In this document: piece after piece, positions 1 to 4,544 of the stretch
Position numbering within the stretch: the first letter of the stretch is position 1
Layout of the letters: each line of letters opens with the position of its first letter
Virus record (IMG/VR): IMGVR_UViG_3300028911_000051
Coordinates: 1-4,544 of that record
Origin: a virus
Lineage: Duplodnaviria; Heunggongvirae; Uroviricota; Caudoviricetes
Length of the DNA: 4,544 nucleotides
Strand: one strand, 5' to 3'
Program-made: the position numbers and the translations under genes
The notes under the pieces: generated by a model
Seen by the model: only the letters and a program-made list of their open reading frames with translations
Databases searched by the model: none
What the model was told of the DNA's origin: nothing

Positions 1-24
1 GTCATGTTTTTCAGGCATCTTCAT
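1..24 (-). CDS. S: Class I holin S, N-terminal 8 codons only (gene continues beyond window start)
   Basis: Minus-strand ATG at 24..22 and a second ATG at 18..16 give MKMPEKHD, the Met-Lys-Met dual-start N-terminus of lambda-type holin S (S107/S105). Lies directly downstream of Q and pR'. Only 24 nt are visible. Confidence 0.6.
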
Positions 25-30
25 GTCTTA

Positions 31-44
31 CCCCCAATAAGGGG
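31..44 (-). promoter_or_regulatory. Shine-Dalgarno-containing stem-loop upstream of the S dual start
   Basis: Minus strand reads CCCC-UUAUU-GGGGG followed by UAAGAC-AUG; the G-run serves as the SD and is sequestered in a 4-5 bp hairpin. Matches the known lambda arrangement in which RNA structure controls S107 versus S105 initiation. Confidence 0.5.
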
Positions 45-138
45 ATTTGCTCTATTTAATTAGAAATAAGGTCGATTACTGATAGAACAAATCCAGGCTA
101 CTGTGTTTAGTAATCAGATTTGTTCGTGACCGATATGC

Positions 139-180
139 ACGGGCAAAACGGCAGGAGGTTGTTAGCGCAACCTCTTGCCA
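139..180 (-). other. GC-rich hairpin followed by GUUUUGCCC in the late leader, about 130 nt upstream of S
   Basis: Minus strand GGCAAGAGGUUG-cgcuaa-CAACCUCCUGCC (12-bp stem, one mismatch) then GUUUUGCC. Terminator-like but with a weak U-tract; function uncertain. Confidence 0.3.
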
Positions 181-315
181 CCCGCTTTCACGAAGCCAGC
201 CATTGCGCTGGTTTTCTTTTATGCAAAGCACACCGCACCGTAGCCACAGCGGATAAGGTGATTATTTTTGTCTGTCTGGTATTTGGTTTGATGTGCTTTC
301 AGAAAGGTCGTGATT

Positions 316-350
316 AAAACGCAAAAAGCCCCGAGATATTAACTCAGGGC
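316..350 (-). terminator. Intrinsic terminator about 30-65 nt downstream of the pR' start (tR'-like, Q-regulated)
   Basis: Minus strand GCCCUGAG (350..343), loop UUAAUAU, CUCGGGGC (335..328), i.e. an 8-bp stem with one G-U pair, followed by UUUUUGCGUUUU (327..316). On the + strand the same hairpin is followed by TTTATTT, so it may work in both directions. Confidence 0.7.
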
Positions 351-374
351 TTTATTTAACGAGTGCATTTATCC

Positions 375-416
375 ATCGTTGATGTCAAATTTACCCAACT
401 TTATTCAAAAAGTCAA
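375..416 (-). promoter_or_regulatory. Late promoter pR' with qut-type elements (Q-binding region between -35 and -10; pause-inducing -10-like element in the initial transcribed region)
   Basis: Minus strand TTGACT (416..411), 17-nt spacer, TAAATT (393..388), then TGACATC and AACGAT (380..375). AACGAT is the -10-like pause element described for lambda pR'. Located 40-80 nt downstream of the Q stop, as in lambda. Confidence 0.75.
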
Positions 417-458
417 TATCATGCCGTTAATATGTTGCCATCCGTGGCAATCATGCTG

Positions 459-1061
459 CTAACGTGTGACCGCATTCAAAATGTTGTCTGCGATTGACTC
501 TTCCTTGTGGCATTGCACCACCACAGTGCGTGACCAGGTGGGTTGAGTAAGGTTTGGGATTAGCATCGTTACAGCGCGATATGCGGCGCTTGCTGGCATC
601 CTTGAATAGCCGACACCTTTGCATCTTCCGCACTCTTTCTCAACAACTCTCCCCCACAGCTCTGTTTTGGCAATATCAACCGCACGACCTGTACCGTGGC
701 AATCTCTGCATCTTGCCCCCGGCGTCGCGGCACTACGGCAATAATCCGCATAAGCGAATGTTGCGAGCACTTGCAGTACCTTTGCCTTAGTATTTCCTTC
801 AAGCTTTGCCACGCCACGGTATTTCCCCGATACCTTGTGTGCAAATTGCATCAGATAGTTGATAGCCTTTTGTTTGTCGTTCTGGCTGAGTTCATGCTTA
901 CCGCAGAATGCAGCCATTCCGAATCCGGCTTGTGATTGCGCCATCCCCATAGCAGCCATCACATCAGTACCGGAAAGAGAGTCAGAAGCCGTAGCCCGTG
1001 GTGAGTCGCTCATCATCGGGCTTTTTGGCGAATGAAATTTAGCTACGCTTTCGAGTCTCAT
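459..1061 (-). CDS. Q: Late-gene antitermination protein Q (lambda-type)
   Basis: 200-aa ORF with ATG at 1061..1059, GAGGGG SD about 8 nt upstream, TAG stop at 461..459. The translation is lambda-Q-like throughout, including the CRDCHGTGR...CGRCKGVG zinc-binding CxxC...CxxC pair, and is followed by pR'/qut. Confidence 0.93.
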   Translation of the reverse strand: MRLESVAKFHSPKSPMMSDSPRATASDSLSGTDVMAAMGMAQSQAGFGMAAFCGKHELSQNDKQKAINYLMQFAHKVSGKYRGVAKLEGNTKAKVLQVLATFAYADYCRSAATPGARCRDCHGTGRAVDIAKTELWGRVVEKECGRCKGVGYSRMPASAAYRAVTMLIPNLTQPTWSRTVVVQCHKEESIADNILNAVTR

Positions 1062-1246
1062 GGTCTTCCCCTCTTGCCCTGTTTGACCATCAGGACGCCG
1101 TTAACTATTACGTGACGCTCGCCTTTGCTGTCTCGGTTGTACTTGAGCACTGTTCCTCTTGCGCAGGAAAGCATCCTCGCCACTTCGGTCTGATTGCCTC
1201 GTGTCTGGATAAGAAGCTCTGGTATCGTTTGAATTGTGGCGTTCAT
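1058..1246 (-). CDS. ninH: NinH-like small DNA-binding protein
   Basis: 62-aa ORF containing GNQTEVARMLSCARGTVLKY, a helix-turn-helix segment characteristic of NinH. ATGA overlap with rusA stop (1246..1243) and with Q start (1061..1058). GGAGA SD 5-6 nt upstream. Confidence 0.85.
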   Translation of the reverse strand: MNATIQTIPELLIQTRGNQTEVARMLSCARGTVLKYNRDSKGERHVIVNGVLMVKQGKRGRP

Positions 1247-1605
1247 ACGTTCTCCAGTTCGGTGATTTTTATTCCAAGCCTTCCGCCTGGTACTTTCACG
1301 CCACGAATTACGCGAATGTCATCGAATTGCTCGTCGTCTTCCGCAAATCCAGCGTGGATAAGGGAGTCGAGTAAACCTTTCAGGATGTTGTCGAGGTCGC
1401 GGCGGCGGGAGTCTGGAACGTCTGCGATGACTTTGATGCGGAGTCGTGATTTGGTGAAAATGTCTAACTTAAGTTGGCGGATGATTTGCTGAACGTCTTT
1501 TCGGTATTTCTGGCCTTTATCGCTGATGTAGTATTGGCTTCCCCGTCTTCGCCAGTAGGTATTCACCGACGGCGGGTATGGAAGCACAAACTGATATTCG
1601 TTCAT
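1243..1605 (-). CDS. rusA: Holliday-junction resolvase RusA
   Basis: 120-aa ORF, the typical RusA length, with the acidic catalytic cluster RRRDLDN and a later DD/E. AAGGAGG SD upstream. Start overlaps the ybcO-like stop (ATGA at 1605..1602). Confidence 0.93.
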   Translation of the reverse strand: MNEYQFVLPYPPSVNTYWRRRGSQYYISDKGQKYRKDVQQIIRQLKLDIFTKSRLRIKVIADVPDSRRRDLDNILKGLLDSLIHAGFAEDDEQFDDIRVIRGVKVPGGRLGIKITELENV

Positions 1606-1892
1606 GACTTAATCTTCCCCTCCTTCAGCAGTATCGCCTGCGTCCTGATCACTCCTTCGAGGTGGTAAAGTCTGGCGTCTTTGTTGTCGAGGTTATGGGT
1701 GCGTCGGTCGATCTCCGCGTGGCAGTCACTACAAGCCCATGCGCCGATCAGGTCGTCAGGCTTCATTCCCGTTCCGCAAATTCCAGCCATCCGGTAATGT
1801 GCCAGAACTGTAGTTTCAGGATTACCATTGCATATGCCGTAAATACGTACCTGGCATTCTCTGCCGCGTGCTTCTTTGCGTAGGTTAGCCAT
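1602..1892 (-). CDS. ybcO: YbcO-like protein (DUF1364 family, putative Zn-binding nuclease)
   Basis: 96-aa ORF with a Cys/His-rich pattern (C..C..H...C..C.DCH) and a position immediately upstream of rusA, as for ybcO in the E. coli DLP12 prophage. Start overlaps the stop of the preceding ORF (TAATG at 1894..1890). Confidence 0.8.
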   Translation of the reverse strand: MANLRKEARGRECQVRIYGICNGNPETTVLAHYRMAGICGTGMKPDDLIGAWACSDCHAEIDRRTHNLDNKDARLYHLEGVIRTQAILLKEGKIKS

Positions 1893-2161
1893 TATGGTTC
1901 GCTCCAGTAATTCTCAATTGCAGCAGCCATTCTCTGCATCCACTCAGCCAGCTTTAACGCGGCTTCTCTTTCAGAACCACATTTAGGGAAATCCTTCATT
2001 TCCATGCTGGCCTTATATGTTCTGAATGCCAGGTCTCCGGTAATAACCAGCTCCTGATCAAGCACAGAGCGTTTATTCCGGTGTTGAACGTAATAGACAG
2101 ATTCAGCCCGCATTTCTTCTCTGTCTTTTTTGAAGGAAATAAGCTCAGAGAAATCACTCAT
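1892..2161 (-). CDS. Hypothetical nin-region protein (89 aa, family not recognised)
   Basis: ORF with ATG at 2161..2159, GAGGAAG SD about 9 nt upstream, charged and helical-looking composition, embedded in the coupled operon. No confident family assignment from memory. Confidence 0.7.
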   Translation of the reverse strand: MSDFSELISFKKDREEMRAESVYYVQHRNKRSVLDQELVITGDLAFRTYKASMEMKDFPKCGSEREAALKLAEWMQRMAAAIENYWSEP

Positions 2162-2324
2162 CGTCTTCTTCCTCGTACATTGAGCTATTCGGATCGCTCA
2201 TCAGCTCTGCGCAGCAATCGGAGCACACGTGAACTTCCAGCACATGCAGCTTCTGACCGCAGTTAGCGCACGTTAAAGCCCGCTCGACGCTTTCTTGTTC
2301 GTAACTTCGATTTGGGTCAATCAC
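2154..2324 (-). CDS. ninF: NinF-like small Cys-rich protein (56 aa, GTG start)
   Basis: Own translation, not in the supplied ORF track (below its length cutoff): GTG at 2324..2322 overlaps the ninE stop (GTGA) and has a GAGGAAA SD 7 nt upstream. Product (M)[55 protein letters not shown] has a CxxC...C..CC zinc-ribbon-like motif as in lambda NinF. Its 3' end overlaps the next ORF by 8 nt. Confidence 0.6.
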   Translation of the reverse strand: MIDPNRSYEQESVERALTCANCGQKLHVLEVHVCSDCCAELMSDPNSSMYEEEDDE

Positions 2325-2503
2325 CTTGTTTTCCTCGCACGTTCTCTAAGCCACCGGATATCCCACAGGTGAGCCGTGTAGTTGAAGGTTTTTACGTCAG
2401 ATTCTTTTGGGATTGGCTTGCGTTTATTTCTGGAGCGTTTCGTTGGAAGGTATTTGCAGTTTTCGCAGATGATGTCGGTGATACTTCGTCGCTGTCGTCT
2501 CAT
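2321..2503 (-). CDS. ninE: NinE
   Basis: 60-aa basic protein [60 protein letters not shown] starting at the internal ATG 2503..2501 (AGGAGGG SD 6 nt upstream), which overlaps the methyltransferase stop (ATGA). The ORF track's longer 90-aa form begins upstream inside the methyltransferase gene and is less likely. Confidence 0.85.
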   Translation of the reverse strand: MRRQRRSITDIICENCKYLPTKRSRNKRKPIPKESDVKTFNYTAHLWDIRWLRERARKTR

Positions 2504-3027
2504 GCCGCCCTCCTGACGCCCTGCCCGATCGCCATCAATGCCGCTTTGGATACGGTAGTAAACATCCGTCGAGGACTGATGAACGGTCGCCAAATCAGCA
2601 GCATGGAACCTTTGCTGTTTCCCTTCTTCTCCAGCCCTGTCGATGGTTCGATAAAATTAATCCGTCCATCAGTGATAATACGAACTTCGTCAACACTCTC
2701 CAGAGCATTGCTGAACCATCCGACAGACATATCCTCTGGCACAAGCATCACTACCGTCTGTCGCTGTTGTATGCACTGCTCAGCGGCTTTTTCCACCCAC
2801 GGCCTGATATTGCTGTACGGTGGGTTATTCCAGATTGCACCGTGGCTTACCCACTCAGAATTGAGCGCGTCGTCGGCCTCAGTTAACCAGTGAGCGCACA
2901 GAGCATTTTTGTCGCTCGCTGCCGAATCCAGCCAGAATCCAAACTCAATATCCAGCGCATCAAAAAGCCAAAGCGGCGTTTGCCAGCAGTCCTTGTCGTG
3001 TGCTGGCGTATTTGATTTGATAGTCAT
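2500..3027 (-). CDS. Phage Dam-family DNA N6-adenine methyltransferase (orphan)
   Basis: 175 aa from ATG 3027..3025, which overlaps the ninB stop (ATGA) and has an AGGGAAGG SD. N-terminal D..WQTP..LF motif and the NPPY catalytic motif (motif IV of N6-adenine methyltransferases) are present. Occupies the ninC slot. An alternative start at 3054 inside ninB is possible. Confidence 0.88.
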   Translation of the reverse strand: MTIKSNTPAHDKDCWQTPLWLFDALDIEFGFWLDSAASDKNALCAHWLTEADDALNSEWVSHGAIWNNPPYSNIRPWVEKAAEQCIQQRQTVVMLVPEDMSVGWFSNALESVDEVRIITDGRINFIEPSTGLEKKGNSKGSMLLIWRPFISPRRMFTTVSKAALMAIGQGVRRAA

Positions 3028-3470
3028 GCAGCCTTCCCTTTTCGTTGTGACCATTCATACTCTCGCCGGGAGTCATCACTCCACCGCACTTTGCGCTCTG
3101 AGCCGAACCAGAACATGATTTCGATAAGCTCAGTCATGCTGGCCTTTCGCATTTTGCTGGTACGCACGCCAAGCATGACAACGCCACCGTCGATACCAGG
3201 CACACTTCGTTGCTCCAGTTTTTTGGTCTTAAGCCACAGGGCAGTGAACAGGTCTTTCCAGTCTTCCGGCGCCAGCCGTTGACCATGCCATAGCACCTGA
3301 CGCGAAACATCGTTCAGCATCGGCCACATACGGTCATTCTGCGCTTTGCTGCGTTTGGGTTCTCTAACGTGGACTTCGTGAGGTGACTTGTCGTCGATCG
3401 GAAGTGAGAGTATTGCGTCTATGGCGTTGTTTCTGATTGCTTCGTTGCGAAGCATGTATATTTGCTTCAT
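3024..3470 (-). CDS. ninB: NinB (Orf-family recombination mediator)
   Basis: 148-aa ORF (lambda NinB is of similar length) with the conserved core ...QN...W..L.DVSRQV.WHG... and C-terminal ...R.W...GSERKVRWSD... recognisable as NinB, though diverged from the lambda protein. ATG at 3470..3468 with GAGG SD 6 nt upstream. Confidence 0.9.
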   Translation of the reverse strand: MKQIYMLRNEAIRNNAIDAILSLPIDDKSPHEVHVREPKRSKAQNDRMWPMLNDVSRQVLWHGQRLAPEDWKDLFTALWLKTKKLEQRSVPGIDGGVVMLGVRTSKMRKASMTELIEIMFWFGSERKVRWSDDSRREYEWSQRKGKAA

Positions 3471-3477
3471 CGTTACC

Positions 3478-3684
3478 TCAACTCACAAAACGCCACGCCA
3501 CTTTTGCTACGACAACAGGCATAACACCGATAATCACCCACAGGAAAATGCTACCGAAAAGCACACCCACCAGGTCTTTACCTTCGCCTAACAACCGGAC
3601 AAAACTGCTGGCAACCACAATGAACGTCGCCACCATCCACATAGCACCGAGAATCCTCAATGCAGAAAAAATCAACTCAACCAC
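3478..3684 (-). CDS. Small predicted inner-membrane protein (68 aa, two hydrophobic helices), unknown function
   Basis: GTG start at 3684..3682 preceded by a strong SD GGGGGAGGG (3699..3691, 6-nt spacer). Two hydrophobic stretches (about residues 13-32 and 39-61). The stop overlaps the ninB SD. No family recognised. Confidence 0.55.
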   Translation of the reverse strand: MVELIFSALRILGAMWMVATFIVVASSFVRLLGEGKDLVGVLFGSIFLWVIIGVMPVVVAKVAWRFVS

Positions 3685-3700
3685 GATCTACCCTCCCCCA

Positions 3701-3731
3701 AATAAAAAGGCCTGCGATTACCAGCAGGCCT
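3701..3731 (-). terminator. Intrinsic terminator downstream of the helicase gene (tR2-like position)
   Basis: Minus strand AGGCCUGC (3731..3724), loop UGGUAAUC, GCAGGCCU (3715..3708), a perfect 8-bp GC-rich stem, followed by UUUUUAUUU (3707..3701). Unidirectional, because the + strand has no T-tract after the stem. Confidence 0.65.
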
Positions 3732-3759
3732 GTTACAAGCTCAGTGATGTAGATGGTCA

Positions 3760-4544
3760 TCAGAATCCTCCTTTCTTCTTGGACTGCGGTTCCTCGCGTT
3801 CACGGCGGCGCATTTCAGCAGACTGTTGGTCTGTGTCATAAATAGCGCCATTTGCCTGAATGCAATACACCGTGCCGGTATTGCCATGACGATTGAGACG
3901 AAGGATTAGTTCGGTTTCACCAGGTGGAACACTGTCATCAAAAGCACCTTCACGATGGATCCCCACCCAATAATCGCAATCCTGTTCAATCTGCCCTGTA
4001 TCTCGTGAGTCACTTGGTAATGGGCGTTTATTGGTTCGGCTTTCCAGTGCGCGGTTAAGCTGTGTCAGAAGCACAACAACGCAATCAAGCTCTTTGGCAA
4101 GGTTCTTCAGTCCTTTGGTGATCATGCCGTAAGCAAGGTCGTTGCGATCGGCCTTTTCAGCGGTCATTAGTGTCAGGTAATCGACCAGAATCATGCCAAC
4201 GCATCCTTTTTCTCGCTTGATTCGACGGCTTTCGCTGACGATTTGAGCCAGAGATAATCCCGGCGTGTCGTCGATGTAAAGCAGGTCGATTTCACTCAAG
4301 CGATTGGCTGTTTCGATCGCCCTGTTGAAGTCACCATCGTAATCACCCTGATAGCCGTCATCAGCGTCATTTGTCGCCGGAAGGTAAAAAATATTCGGGT
4401 TAACACCTGACTTCTGTCCTACCAGTTTTTCCAGTATCTGATCACCTGGCATTTCAAGGCTGAACATCAGAGCGGGCTTTTTCTCATGCACTGCGCAGTT
4501 GATTGCCATCTGGCTGTATAGCGTCGTTTTCCCCATCTTAGGGC
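3760..4544 (-). CDS. DnaB-family replicative DNA helicase, C-terminal RecA-like domain (5' end of gene lies beyond the window end)
   Basis: ORF runs to the window edge. It shows ..GKTT (end of Walker A), ILVDYLTLM (Walker B/H2), LLTQLNR (H3 with arginine finger) and SRDTGQIEQDCD (H4-like), typical of DnaB and phage P22 gp12-type helicases. TGA stop at 3762..3760. Confidence 0.9.
   Translation of the reverse strand, partial: PKMGKTTLYSQMAINCAVHEKKPALMFSLEMPGDQILEKLVGQKSGVNPNIFYLPATNDADDGYQGDYDGDFNRAIETANRLSEIDLLYIDDTPGLSLAQIVSESRRIKREKGCVGMILVDYLTLMTAEKADRNDLAYGMITKGLKNLAKELDCVVVLLTQLNRALESRTNKRPLPSDSRDTGQIEQDCDYWVGIHREGAFDDSVPPGETELILRLNRHGNTGTVYCIQANGAIYDTDQQSAEMRRREREEPQSKKKGGF

Noticed and set aside
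554-935. + strand ORFs 554..790 and 696..935, and minus-strand alternative-frame ORFs 451..633 and 569..844, all within Q
   Set aside because: All are contained in the Q coding region, which is well supported in its own frame; none has a start context or a recognisable product.
1112-1492. 126-aa + strand ORF antisense to ninH and rusA
   Set aside because: Shadow ORF opposite well-supported genes, with a Ser-rich low-complexity translation and no RBS.
1474-2266. + strand ORFs 1474..1668, 1662..1883 and 2081..2266
   Set aside because: Short, antisense to rusA, the ybcO-like gene, orf89 and ninF, with no SD and no motifs.
2503-2593. Long form of ninE starting at 2593 (90 aa, as in the ORF track)
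   Set aside because: The extra 30 codons lie inside the methyltransferase gene in another frame. The internal ATG at 2503 gives a 60-aa product matching NinE length with a strong SD.
2312-2893. 193-aa + strand ORF antisense to the methyltransferase and ninE genes
   Set aside because: It lies entirely antisense to a tightly coupled, well-supported minus-strand operon. The product is Ser/Thr-rich and low-complexity with no recognisable motif and no SD. Typical shadow ORF.
3027-3054. Upstream ATG (3054) as an alternative start for the methyltransferase
   Set aside because: It would begin 27 nt inside ninB. The ATG at 3027 overlaps the ninB stop, has its own SD and gives the typical Dam-family N-terminus, so I annotated 3027, but the longer form is not excluded.
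2909-3841. + strand ORFs 2909..3118, 3091..3282, 3388..3591 and 3437..3841
   Set aside because: Antisense to ninB, the small membrane ORF and the helicase gene; compositionally odd (Ser/Thr/Pro-rich) and lacking RBS. Treated as shadow ORFs.
1-4544. CRISPR arrays, tRNA/rRNA genes, IS elements or integrase/att sites
   Set aside because: I saw no direct-repeat/spacer periodicity, no tRNA-like cloverleaf candidates, no terminal inverted repeats bracketing a transposase-like ORF, and no recombinase ORF. The window is interior to a phage genome.

Overview
The window reads as one minus-strand transcription unit from a lambdoid (pro)phage: the delayed-early 'nin' region running into the late-gene switch. 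Gene order (right to left on the + strand): 3' part of a DnaB-family replicative helicase (3760..4544, truncated by the window edge), an intrinsic terminator, a small two-TM membrane protein, NinB, a Dam-family N6-adenine methyltransferase, NinE, a Cys-rich NinF-like ORF, an unassigned 89-aa ORF, a YbcO-like protein, RusA Holliday-junction resolvase, NinH, antiterminator Q, the pR'/qut late promoter with a close-in terminator, and the first 8 codons of holin S. Nearly every gene junction from ninB to Q is a start/stop overlap, indicating translational coupling. I do not see a multi-gene undescribed system here; this is a fairly conventional mosaic nin/late-control region. The points most worth a second look are the unassigned small membrane protein, the rearranged pR'-to-S leader with a terminator unusually close to pR', and a Q protein that appears 7 residues shorter than lambda Q. 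All family assignments come from reading the translations and from memory of the families; no database search was run.
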